Source: a bacterium (GTDB lineage Bacteria > SAR324 > NAC60-12). From it: a DNA stretch of 64,000 nucleotides. Positions 45,501 to 57,900 of the stretch are shown in pieces (within the stretch, counting starts at the first letter, position 1; each line of letters starts with the position of its first letter). Location of the stretch: contig CBDDTI010000745.1 of the NCBI GenBank assembly GCA_965233585.1, positions 352,001 to 416,000 of the forward strand, in the 5' to 3' direction. Both the position numbers and the translations under genes were made by a program. The notes under the pieces were generated by a model. The model made no database searches. It was not told the DNA's origin and worked only from the letters and a program-made list of their open reading frames with translations.

Positions 45501-48500
45501 ATCTACAACAGTAGAAATTAAATAAGTCTATTAGACCAAAAAAAATATGATGAACTCAATAACATCTACAACAGTAGAAATTAAATAAGTCTATTAGACG
45601 TCATTCAATCGCAACAAGAGTTGATTATCTACAACAGTAGAAATTAAATAAGTCTATTAGACGTTTTGGATTTAAGCCTAGTAAATACAATCTACAACAG
45701 TAGAAATTAAATAAGTCTATTAGACACAAACTTCATTTTTAGAAGAGAAACCATCTACAACAGTAGAAATTAAATAAGTCTATTAGACGATGCAAGAGCT
45801 AATAGCTTATGCAATATCTACAACAGTAGAAATTAAATAAGTCTATTAGACCAAGAACTCAAGAAATTGAATCTTTTATCTACAACAGTAGAAATTAAAT
45901 AAGTCTATTAGACAAGCGACAAAACAACTGGCATTTTGTATCTACAACAGTAGAAATTAAATAAGTCTATTAGACCGCATTCGTAATAGGGAGGATCCAG
46001 AATCTACAACAGTAGAAATTAAATAAGTCTATTAGACAAGAGGGGAACGAACTGTTTCCCCTTATCTACAACAGTAGAAATTAAATAAGTCTATTAGACG
46101 GGGAGCAGTCAGCTACATTGCTTCAATCTACAACAGTAGAAATTAAATAAGTCTATTAGACTCTGATTGGTTTCGGAAGATCAAAAAAATATCTACAACA
46201 GTAGAAATTAAATAAGTCTATTAGACGAGAAAAAAGTTTTGGAAATTGAACTCATCTACAACAGTAGAAATTAAATAAGTCTATTAGACCGCCAGTGCGG
46301 CAGAAAAATCAGCCACATCTACAACAGTAGAAATTAAATAAGTCTATTAGACTTTTAGATGCTGGTCAAGGTGTCCAAATCTACAACAGTAGAAATTAAA
46401 TAAGTCTATTAGACTTTTAGATGCTGGTCAAGGTGTCCAAATCTACAACAGTAGAAATTAAATAAGTCTATTAGACTCAAAAAATGGTCTATCTCTTTTG
46501 TCATCTACAACAGTAGAAATTAAATAAGTCTATTAGACGGTCTAAAAATGGTTTATCTCTTCTTTATCTACAACAGTAGAAATTAAATAAGTCTATTAGA
46601 CCTTCAAATAGGTCTATCTTCATATTGGATCTACAACAGTAGAAATTAAATAAGTCTATTAGACATTCAAATAATTATATGCGTTCCTTAATCTACAACA
46701 GTAGAAATTAAATAAGTCTATTAGACATTCAGATTTTGACAAATCTAATTATATCTACAACAGTAGAAATTAAATAAGTCTATTAGACGTGTGCTAGACT
46801 AGAGGCTTCTTTGGAATCTACAACAGTAGAAATTAAATAAGTCTATTAGACTCTTCAAAAGTAGAAGACCATCATGCCATCTACAACAGTAGAAATTAAA
46901 TAAGTCTATTAGACTGATGTAGCAAAAGTAACACCACCATATCTACAACAGTAGAAATTAAATAAGTCTATTAGACGTGTGCTAGACTAGAGGCTTCTTT
47001 GGAATCTACAACAGTAGAAATTAAATAAGTCTATTAGACCTTTCTCTGATAATGGAATGCCAACTATCTACAACAGTAGAAATTAAATAAGTCTATTAGA
47101 CTCTAATCTTTTAGCGCTTCTTTGGAATCTACAACAGTAGAAATTAAATAAGTCTATTAGACTTGAAAAACTGGGTTTTGATGCAAGTTATCTACAACAG
47201 TAGAAATTAAATAAGTCTATTAGACTTTAGTAACTAATCAATTCTTTTCCATATCTACAACAGTAGAAATTAAATAAGTCTATTAGACTTTGCGGAGTGG
47301 CTCCAGTGGAGCTGTATCTACAACAGTAGAAATTAAATAAGTCTATTAGACCGCAAGTTTTTGGATTTGGAACTGATATCTACAACAGTAGAAATTAAAT
47401 AAGTCTATTAGACAACAAAATAAACACAGAATTGAACAATGATCTACAACAGTAGAAATTAAATAAGTCTATTAGACTGTAAAGCATAAGACTCCTGCAC
47501 TCCATCTACAACAGTAGAAATTAAATAAGTCTATTAGACCGAGATGACCTAGCAGCAAGAATCGGATCTACAACAGTAGAAATTAAATAAGTCTATTAGA
47601 CTCAAAAAAAAAATGACATTTCCACTTTATCTACAACAGTAGAAATTAAATAAGTCTATTAGACTGTGCTAGACTAGATGATTCTTTAGAATCTACAACA
47701 GTAGAAATTAAATAAGTCTATTAGACGAGTATAGGAATCTTTTTGGACTCTTATCTACAACAGTAGAAATTAAATAAGTCTATTAGACGTATTTATAAAT
47801 ATTGATTCCTCTACATCTACAACAGTAGAAATTAAATAAGTCTATTAGACATCAGAATCCAAAGACTCATCAGAATCATCTACAACAGTAGAAATTAAAT
47901 AAGTCTATTAGACTTCCGAGTACTTTTGACTTGCAAAAGATCTACAACAGTAGAAATTAAATAAGTCTATTAGACGATGAAAATTAACCTATAGAATAAA
48001 ATCTACAACAGTAGAAATTAAATAAGTCTATTAGACAAGGAGAGCTAGGAGTAGTTAATTCGTATCTACAACAGTAGAAATTAAATAAGTCTATTAGACT
48101 TAAAAGGATCAATAGAAACAGAATAATCTACAACAGTAGAAATTAAATAAGTCTATTAGACGTTAAGTCCTAATGAAGATCATATTACATCTACAACAGT
48201 AGAAATTAAATAAGTCTATTAGACTATTGACCCAACAGACATGAGAACAAATCTACAACAGTAGAAATTAAATAAGTCTATTAGACCCTAAACATGTTTA
48301 ACTTCTGTGAGTATCTACAACAGTAGAAATTAAATAAGTCTATTAGACCAGAGCATCATTGAGCGTTTTATTTATCTACAACAGTAGAAATTAAATAAGT
48401 CTATTAGACAACCAGATTGGTGAGCCAAATAAGCAAATCTACAACAGTAGAAATTAAATAAGTCTATTAGACCCGACAATCAACATTTTAAGAACATACA

Positions 48501-51500
48501 TCTACAACAGTAGAAATTAAATAAGTCTATTAGACATTTTTATCTTCCCTTTTTTCTCTGGTATCTACAACAGTAGAAATTAAATAAGTCTATTAGACGA
48601 TCGCATTGCATCTATCAGGAGAAAATCTACAACAGTAGAAATTAAATAAGTCTATTAGACCTCTTCAGGTTTGACTTTTCCTTCTTTATCTACAACAGTA
48701 GAAATTAAATAAGTCTATTAGACATTGAATCGGAGCGGTTTTGATTCAAATCTACAACAGTAGAAATTAAATAAGTCTATTAGACATGTAGATTGTTTAC
48801 ATTGCGGGCATTATCTACAACAGTAGAAATTAAATAAGTCTATTAGACGATTCTTTAATTGGTTCTGATGAGTCTATCTACAACAGTAGAAATTAAATAA
48901 GTCTATTAGACCCTCATCAGGAGCGTCAGGACGATCAGATCTACAACAGTAGAAATTAAATAAGTCTATTAGACGCGCCATTGACCAGTGGCTTCAGTTG
49001 ATCTACAACAGTAGAAATTAAATAAGTCTATTAGACACACATCGCATCTATTCCCTTATCCCTATCTACAACAGTAGAAATTAAATAAGTCTATTAGACG
49101 TGATGACGTTCCCCCGAGAAAACAGACATCTACAACAGTAGAAATTAAATAAGTCTATTAGACTGGTGAAAGAGCAGGCAGACATACTCATCTACAACAG
49201 TAGAAATTAAATAAGTCTATTAGACTTTGTTACCTTTATCTCCTGTCTGTCCCTATCTACAACAGTAGAAATTAAATAAGTCTATTAGACAAATTGAAAG
49301 TCTTCAGCGTTTCACTATCTACAACAGTAGAAATTAAATAAGTCTATTAGACACTACTGCCAAACGATTCAAATCTGAATATCTACAACAGTAGAAATTA
49401 AATAAGTCTATTAGACATTACAAGTGGAATCATAGCAGTGAAAAATCTACAACAGTAGAAATTAAATAAGTCTATTAGACCCTGATGCAATGGAGGGATC
49501 AAGTCCATCTACAACAGTAGAAATTAAATAAGTCTATTAGACTCGTAAAGTTAAAAATTCTTCTGGAAATCTACAACAGTAGAAATTAAATAAGTCTATT
49601 AGACATTGACAGAAGGAATGATGTTAAGAATCTACAACAGTAGAAATTAAATAAGTCTATTAGACAATGAATGGGCTTAAAGCAAAAACTTTGATCTACA
49701 ACAGTAGAAATTAAATAAGTCTATTAGACCAAACTTCGCTGAATATCTAAGTCTAATCTACAACAGTAGAAATTAAATAAGTCTATTAGACAGAGAGGTG
49801 TAGAGGTTACACTCAATATCTACAACAGTAGAAATTAAATAAGTCTATTAGACTTTTTTATCTTGTAAATTGTAAACAGAATCTACAACAGTAGAAATTA
49901 AATAAGTCTATTAGACGTCCGTCAAATGGTCTCGCTGTTCAACATCTACAACAGTAGAAATTAAATAAGTCTATTAGACGTCCGTCAAATGGTCTCGCTG
50001 TTCAACATCTACAACAGTAGAAATTAAATAAGTCTATTAGACATTGTTGATTCCTTTGTTTATTCTGTATCTACAACAGTAGAAATTAAATAAGTCTATT
50101 AGACAAAATGAATACAGAAACAAACCATGATGATCTACAACAGTAGAAATTAAATAAGTCTATTAGACATTTATTATTTATAATGAGACCATTGATCTAC
50201 AACAGTAGAAATTAAATAAGTCTATTAGACAAAATTAAAGAAAACTCATTGGCTATAATCTACAACAGTAGAAATTAAATAAGTCTATTAGACAAAATCA
50301 ACAACATTGTTGGTCACCGCATCTACAACAGTAGAAATTAAATAAGTCTATTAGACCTCACTGGCATTGACTTTTCTAGTGCATCTACAACAGTAGAAAT
50401 TAAATAAGTCTATTAGACGAGATTTATTTTTTTGAATCTTATTTTATCTACAACAGTAGAAATTAAATAAGTCTATTAGACAGATGAGAATGACAACTTA
50501 TTTGACTATCTACAACAGTAGAAATTAAATAAGTCTATTAGACCTCACAAAAAAACCAGCATGCTGGCAATCTACAACAGTAGAAATTAAATAAGTCTAT
50601 TAGACTAAACCTAAACAATCCCAAGACTCTTATCTACAACAGTAGAAATTAAATAAGTCTATTAGACAGGATAAAAATGACAAAGAAAATAAAAATCTAC
50701 AACAGTAGAAATTAAATAAGTCTATTAGACGGAGTTACGTTGACTGCAGACAATGTATCTACAACAGTAGAAATTAAATAAGTCTATTAGACTCCCCGTT
50801 GGCTACATCGTTACCAGTATCTACAACAGTAGAAATTAAATAAGTCTATTAGACGGTTTTAATCTTGTCCAGCCTCCTGAATCTACAACAGTAGAAATTA
50901 AATAAGTCTATTAGACATTTTTCAGATATGTTTACAACGAAACATCTACAACAGTAGAAATTAAATAAGTCTATTAGACAGTCTTGTTGTCAAAGTCAAA
51001 GACAAATCTACAACAGTAGAAATTAAATAAGTCTATTAGACGAGATTGCGGGTCAAGCCCGCAATCTCATCTACAACAGTAGAAATTAAATAAGTCTATT
51101 AGACGCTAAAGCAGTCACCTCTGTCGCTTTATCTACAACAGTAGAAATTAAATAAGTCTATTAGACCAAGAGATCACCATTGCATGGTGCAAATCTACAA
51201 CAGTAGAAATTAAATAAGTCTATTAGACTGATTCAATGTTTTTTAACCTTTATTATCTACAACAGTAGAAATTAAATAAGTCTATTAGACTCTACTCCAG
51301 TCAAAAAAAGACCGCATCTACAACAGTAGAAATTAAATAAGTCTATTAGACCAAGGAGAACAACATGTTTCATTTTTTATCTACAACAGTAGAAATTAAA
51401 TAAGTCTATTAGACTTTTAGATTTTTCATTTTCTCCTTTAAATCTACAACAGTAGAAATTAAATAAGTCTATTAGACTTGGGCTTCACAGGTTGCCCATT

Positions 51501-52723
51501 GATGATCTACAACAGTAGAAATTAAATAAGTCTATTAGACCTTCCCTGTTGAGCTGAAACAATAAATCTACAACAGTAGAAATTAAATAAGTCTATTAGA
51601 CAAGCAAGCTTTAGCAAATTCCCCTCATCTACAACAGTAGAAATTAAATAAGTCTATTAGACACGGAAAGCATTGCCACGATTTCAGGATCTACAACAGT
51701 AGAAATTAAATAAGTCTATTAGACGAATTAATCCATGTTTATCAAGTGTATCTACAACAGTAGAAATTAAATAAGTCTATTAGACTCTGGGTTGACAACT
51801 ACGTATTTGTGTATCTACAACAGTAGAAATTAAATAAGTCTATTAGACTCATGGCTTCGAACTCGCCTATCGCAACATCTACAACAGTAGAAATTAAATA
51901 AGTCTATTAGACTCAAAATCTGCAGGTTTGGACTTCAATCTACAACAGTAGAAATTAAATAAGTCTATTAGACGTTTTTCAATGGATCATTTTGAATGAA
52001 TCTACAACAGTAGAAATTAAATAAGTCTATTAGACTGTATTGGATTTTTTCACCCGCGATGATCTACAACAGTAGAAATTAAATAAGTCTATTAGACAGA
52101 CAAAAAAAAATCGTGTTCAAAACATCTACAACAGTAGAAATTAAATAAGTCTATTAGACAATCAAACAAAACATAATGCGTTAACAATCTACAACAGTAG
52201 AAATTAAATAAGTCTATTAGACGGTATCACAATCGTGATTTGTTTTACATCTACAACAGTAGAAATTAAATAAGTCTATTAGACACAGAAATGAAATAAA
52301 TCTAAACATGCTATCTACAACAGTAGAAATTAAATAAGTCTATTAGACCCTCTCCATACCTTATCACGGACAAAGATCTACAACAGTAGAAATTAAATAA
52401 GTCTATTAGACGCCTTATGTCTCTGCATGGATAGAGACGATCTACAACAGTAGAAATTAAATAAGTCTATTAGACCATATTCACTAGTTTTTGAATCCAT
52501 AATCTACAACAGTAGAAATTAAATAAGTCTATTAGACATGAGTTTATCAATATTTATTGATGAATCTACAACAGTAGAAATTAAATAAGTCTATTAGACA
52601 CTAAAATGTCATAAATATCGTCAATATCTACAACAGTAGAAATTAAATAAGTCTATTAGACCAAAGACTCTTCAGTCCCGTCAGTCTATCTACAACAGTA
52701 GAAATTAAATAAGTCTATTAGAC
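39545..52723 (-). CRISPR. Type V-A CRISPR array, about 197 spacers (68 left of the IS, about 129 right; manual count)
   Basis: 36-bp repeat GTCTAATAGACTTATTTAATTTCTACTGTTGTAGAT (minus strand) ending in the canonical Cas12a handle AATTTCTACTGTTGTAGAT; spacers 25-29 nt. Confidence 0.99.
43838..44636 (-). mobile_element. IS1-family species A copy 3 (43877-44636) plus a 39-bp IS-end remnant (43838-43876), inside a CRISPR repeat
   Basis: Reverse complement of copy 2; GGCATTGTTAAGTAATAAGTGATAG occurs twice in tandem. Confidence 0.96.
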
Positions 52724-52996
52724 AGATAACATGCCTGCAACCCGCATATCTTGGTGAAAAAACAAAGACAAAAGTGCGAATTTTGAGCGATTTCTGCCAT
52801 TAAGACCGAGGTTTGCAATTTTTCAAGAAAGAAGCGATCCATCAGCGGTATCACTCCTCACTTCGCACCCCACACATTGACAACAGTCAAGACCCAAAGA
52901 AGGCTTTTAAAAGTGCGACCAAAATTGCCTAAAAAAGCACGATAGACTTTAGCCTAATAGACAAGTCAGCCATTCTAAACGTTCTTATCTCACAAG
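52724..52996 (-). promoter_or_regulatory. CRISPR leader
   Basis: Non-coding gap between cas2 and the first repeat in transcription orientation; variant repeats and most duplications lie toward the opposite end. Confidence 0.8.
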
Positions 52997-53272
52997 TCAA
53001 GAGATCATTATCAAATCAGACTCATCATTTTTGGCATAACCAAAACGTGTGATTTTGCATTGTTGGCTTAAATTAAAAATGATGATGCTGTCTGACTGGC
53101 TAAACGATTTGCTAAAGTCTGTCTCTATCTGCGTTTCAATCAAGTCCAAAATTCGTTTGCTATTTTCAATCTCAAAGACTGAATATTGCAGACGGTAGCC
53201 AAATTTTTTAAGAAACTCTGAGAACCTTGTCCGCAAAGGTGTCTCTGAAATATCATACGTCACAATCAACAT
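52997..53272 (-). CDS. cas2: CRISPR-associated Cas2
   Basis: IVTYDIS, FGYRLQYSVFE. Confidence 0.97.
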   Translation of the reverse strand: MLIVTYDISETPLRTRFSEFLKKFGYRLQYSVFEIENSKRILDLIETQIETDFSKSFSQSDSIIIFNLSQQCKITRFGYAKNDESDLIMIS

Positions 53273-53284
53273 GTCATACCTCCT

Positions 53285-54283
53285 CTATTGAATTTGCTTG
53301 GTTTCATTCTTTGCCTGACGCCTCATGCTAAAAACAGGGTAGTCCGCAATGGGCTTGTCCCTCATAAAAGAACGATAATAACTTTGCATATACAAAAACA
53401 TCTCTATCTTATACTCCAGCAAAACCTCCATATAAAGTTGAGTGTAAGGCTTGGCGTCTTTGCCAAAAAGTTTATATTGATTGTTGATGACCTTAAAATC
53501 TTCTTCTTTCACTTGTCCCAGCTGATACGCCTTGCGTGTCCTGTAATCAATCAAAGGACGGAACGGCTCTATCAAATCACAAACCAACGCCTTGCGTTGA
53601 AAAAACTCTTTGTGATACACGCCACGATACAAATCAAACCCGTAAATCTGCAAAAGAGCCTCAATCAAGTTAAACAACAAGGTATAGCCAATATCCAGCA
53701 AACAATTAATAGAATCTGCCTTCACTCTGGGTCTTCTGGCTTGCCAAGGATACACAGAAAAGATTTGCTTAAAATACACCCGCGAGGCAATCCCTTCCAG
53801 CCCCAAAATCTGCTGCAAATCTAAACCCTCCGTTTGAAGTTGCCCCCGATACTCCTTTAAACTGCTGATGGCTCTTTGGCAAGCAAGCGACTTTTCACGA
53901 ATCCGACCCAACGCCTCAATTTGATTGGACAACTTATTGCCTACCAGATGCCTTGCCACCTCAAGCCCGTCATAGTCATATTGTTTTTTTCTCAAACGGA
54001 CATTGCCCTCTATTTTCGTATTCCAAGACCCGTAAGGACGCAGACCATAATTCAAAAAAATGATGCTAAACCCAAACCGCTTAGCACGTTCCAACAAGCC
54101 AGAACTCACCGTACAATGACCCGAGATAAACAAAGCAAACAAACGATGACAAGTAGATTGATGCTTCAGCTGACCCTCCTTGTCATAAATCATAATATTG
54201 TCATTTTTGTAGCTAAATTTTTCTCCTAGGTTAGAAAACACAAAGAGAATCTGCTTCTTTTCAAAATCTGGTTTACTCAACAT
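53285..54283 (-). CDS. cas1: Type V-A Cas1
   Basis: Start MLSKPDFEKK overlapping the cas4 end; GLEGIASRVYF, NCLLDIGY, GVYH, LVCDLIEPFR. Confidence 0.96.
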   Translation of the reverse strand: MLSKPDFEKKQILFVFSNLGEKFSYKNDNIMIYDKEGQLKHQSTCHRLFALFISGHCTVSSGLLERAKRFGFSIIFLNYGLRPYGSWNTKIEGNVRLRKKQYDYDGLEVARHLVGNKLSNQIEALGRIREKSLACQRAISSLKEYRGQLQTEGLDLQQILGLEGIASRVYFKQIFSVYPWQARRPRVKADSINCLLDIGYTLLFNLIEALLQIYGFDLYRGVYHKEFFQRKALVCDLIEPFRPLIDYRTRKAYQLGQVKEEDFKVINNQYKLFGKDAKPYTQLYMEVLLEYKIEMFLYMQSYYRSFMRDKPIADYPVFSMRRQAKNETKQIQ

Positions 54284-54839
54284 CAGCCAAAGAATAATCG
54301 CAAAGGTTATGATAAATACAGCCACGACATTTAGCCGCAACAGGCGTAAAGTCTGCACTCATGTCAAAATCCCTCAAATCAGCAAGGCATTGTTCAAAGG
54401 CTTGAAAATCTTCAGGGCTATCTTCAGGCTTCTTCACGGGGTAACTTTTGTTGTCAACCATGCTGTACAACTTCAACTTCTCCACCTCATACCCCATCTC
54501 ACGCAAACAAAAATACTGGGCATACAACTGAAAAATATAACCCTGATACACCAGCCGAATCTGACGTTTACGTTCCACCAACTCCCGCTTCTTCTCATCA
54601 TAAATGTCAATCTTTCCGCACAATCCGTAACGTTCACAATACACATCTATCCCCTGCAACACATGACGAGAGGTGCTGTAACCCTTTTCATCAATACTCT
54701 GATGCGCCGCACGACCCTTCCTTTGAGCCGTGCCATGATACAACCACTCTGACGTCTGTGCATACAGCTGATGAAAGTAAATAGAACGAGGACAAAACAG
54801 AAAATCATTTAAATACGAAATTAAAATGTAACTCTCCAT
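54273..54839 (-). CDS. cas4: Type V-A Cas4
   Basis: LNDFLFCPRSIY, GKIDIY…VERK, QLYAQ, C..C…..C Fe-S ligands. Confidence 0.96.
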   Translation of the reverse strand: MESYILISYLNDFLFCPRSIYFHQLYAQTSEWLYHGTAQRKGRAAHQSIDEKGYSTSRHVLQGIDVYCERYGLCGKIDIYDEKKRELVERKRQIRLVYQGYIFQLYAQYFCLREMGYEVEKLKLYSMVDNKSYPVKKPEDSPEDFQAFEQCLADLRDFDMSADFTPVAAKCRGCIYHNLCDYSLADVE

Positions 54840-54981
54840 TCAAAACCCTCCTCAAAAACTCAAAAGACTAAAAAAACAAAAAATCTAACATCACGAAAAT
54901 TCAACATCACAAAAGCCCAAAAAAGTTGACTTTGCAGACTCAACCTTGACCACCGCAAAGACCTCATCTGCAAATCACTTT

Positions 54982-57900
54982 TTAGTCCTCTTCACTGTCT
55001 TTGTTGATAATCTCATACTTTGCCTTTTGCTTTTCTACAATTTCCTCCTTTTGAGAAAAATTTTGCCAATCAGTTTTTGTAATAGATAAATTCAGTTTAT
55101 CCTCCTCTTTCTCCTTAACAAAATCTCTTATTCTTTCCAATATCATGACTCCTTTTCTAGCAATGTTATAAGCTCCATTAGCATCGCTATCTACTGGCAA
55201 AGGAGCTTCACTTGGTTTATAGTTTTTTAACTGCCTACTATCAAAAAAAGGTTCAACAGGAGAAAGGATAAAATCATCTTTATTATTTTGGTCTCCTATA
55301 AAAACTCTCATATCTAAAAGCCGCTTCAAGTAAGCAATCAGTTTTGCTAAAAATTTAGATTCTTCAAATTGTTCTGTTAAATCTTGGCTACAAATAAAAT
55401 CCTTATAATCCTTGTTTTCTAAACCATCTTTTAACTCCTTATTGAATAAATCTACTAGTTTTTGATTGACATCAACTTTGACATTTTTTCTCCATTTGCC
55501 ATTAACTGCTTCTTTATATTCATCTTGTTTTCTTTGTTCTTCCGTTAGTTTAACCTCTTTATATTGCGACCTTTCTACATGACTACAAATAGTCCAAATC
55601 TTATTGATTTTTTCTTCATCTAAATCTTTCTTATCCTCATAAGACCCTGTCATTCCCTTTAGATTTTTTAAATTATAGGTAAATTCAAAAAACTTACCAT
55701 TGTATTTAATAGAATTAAATTTGCTAAAAAACTCTTGAGCTTTTTTAGCCTCGCTATACTTAGGATAAAGTCCTCTCATATATCCCGTGACAGGATCAGT
55801 TTTAGATGTATAACTAGCATCAGTGTAAAACAAAATTCCAGATTGAATTCCTATGTCACTAAAAGTTTTAAATTTATTAGTAAGTTGATAACCTTTTAGG
55901 TAATGTCCTGTTTTCTCAAAATCAGTTTCTTTTTTGTTCACTAAATAGTTAAGTTTATGGATCAATGCCATTTCAAACTTCTGATAAACCTGTTTTTCAA
56001 ATTTAAATCTTCCCCCTTTAAATCCAGCATTTAGGTTTTCTAAAACTACAATCGCATTATGTTTTAAGATTAACTGAGCAAGCTGATGCACGACTTGAGA
56101 AAGATAACCGTTTTTTAAGTCTTTGATGTTTTCTACTTTTTCCCAATTCTCTCTTGCTTTTCCTCTTGCTTTTTGTTTCTCATCTAATTTTTGATGATAA
56201 TCTATTTTTTGAGTTTCTTGACTTCCAGCAGGTTGAAAACCACTGTCAATTTCATTAAAACTTCCTTGTTCTAAAATTTTACCGTCTTTATCAATGACAC
56301 TATAATAAAGTAAATTCTTTTCACCCCTGTCTATCCCGATAATATTAATATCTTGGTAATGTTCTTTAAGAAAATCATTAATATCACTACTAATGTAGTC
56401 TCTCCCCTCGCTTTTAAAATTAATGGTAATCGAACAATGGAATAAAATTTTATCTTCACTATATCTTTTATCCTTTATTATTGGATAGCTGAATTTACTT
56501 TTTAACTCTTGGTAATGATGCCCTTTTTCTCTTTTTTCTTTTGAATAATTTAAAGAAGCCTTACGATAAAAAAGCTCTGCCTGTCCGTTGAGCTTAATAA
56601 CAACATCCTTTAAATTTTGCTCTTCAAATAATGCTTTCCAATAAATTGTATGAAGGTTAGGTCTGCCTTGACTTCTTTTTGAAAAATCTTTACTGTAAAT
56701 TTCAAAGAGATAAAATTTTTGATTTTCTACCATTCTATCCACATAAGATTGTGAGATATTAGAAAATTCTATTTTGTAGCCTTGCTTATTAATATCATCT
56801 GTAAACTCTTTTAGATTGTTGTACTCTTCAGTTTTTTCAAATTTTAAATCTGCCCATTTCCAGTAGCTTAAAGCACATTTTTTATAGTAATCAATAAGTT
56901 TTATCAAATCTTCTTTTACTATATCAGTACCTTTGTATGTTCCTTTTTCTCTTATTTTTTGTATTTCAGGACAATGTTTTTTCCTTATGACATCTAATCC
57001 TTTGGTAAATCTTTCCGCTTTACCATTGACATAAACCAAGTTATGAATATCTAATGCTGGATTAGCAACCTGTTTATAATCCATTTTTTTATACATGGAA
57101 GAATGATCACTTAGCAAGCTCAAATCAATTTCTAACCCCTGTATCTCTTCTTGAAGTATTGATATTTCAGACTTTAATTCTTTGTAAGTTTTTGTTCCTT
57201 CTTTCTTTTCAGAAAGATTTTTTTCTTTCTTTTTAATTTTTTTCTTTTTATCTTCTAAATCTTTCTCTAATTTAGTAAAATCAAAAAGATTTTTATTGTC
57301 TCTGCTCATTATCCCAAGATAATACTTTCCATCTTTGAGCAAAATGACACAAGTATTATCGGTTTCTTTGTTTTTATCCCAACCATTTGCCAACGTAGGA
57401 TTTTCAAAATTCAACTTGTACTTATCTTCATTAAATTCTTTTTTTGTTAAAAAATTTCTCACTTTATTATAGAATTTTGTAATATTATTCCTATCGGAAT
57501 TAGTAAATCTAATCACCGTATCATTCCAAATTTGTTCTTGATTTGCCCCCTTATCCGAATGAGTAAAATCTTTTTCCTTAACATTGAAACTTCTTAAAAA
57601 TCGGTATAAATCTTGTGAAGCGTCAAGATATTTTTTAATACTATTCTTTTCTTCTTGTTCAAAAGGATTTGTTAAACACTTCGCATTTTCTAGAATCTTT
57701 GAGTTTTCTAAATTTCTTAAATGCTCTTTTTGTTGCTTTAACAAATAAGTAAATTTATTCGCCAAATAAGTAAACAAAAAATCTTCTTCTGGCAAATCTT
57801 TTAAAAAAGCTCTTTTCTTTTTTATACCCTCTTGTTGATCTACTTGTCCAAAATTATCTTTTATTGGCTTAATAAATTGAGTATAAAAATTTGCTGATTC

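Noticed and set aside
39545..52723. Spacers fully matching the IS, prophage remnants or other genes in this window
   Set aside because: None found by eye apart from the partial REP match; an exhaustive alignment could not be run
52940..52970. Possible anti-repeat/tracrRNA (CTAATAGAC) in the leader
   Set aside because: Only 9 nt, matching the self-palindromic repeat end; Cas12a needs no tracrRNA
53288..54752. Plus-strand ORFs opposite cas1/cas4, and similar ORFs opposite dxr, cdsA, rbsK and the kinase
   Set aside because: Antisense shadows of well-supported genes with no recognisable motifs
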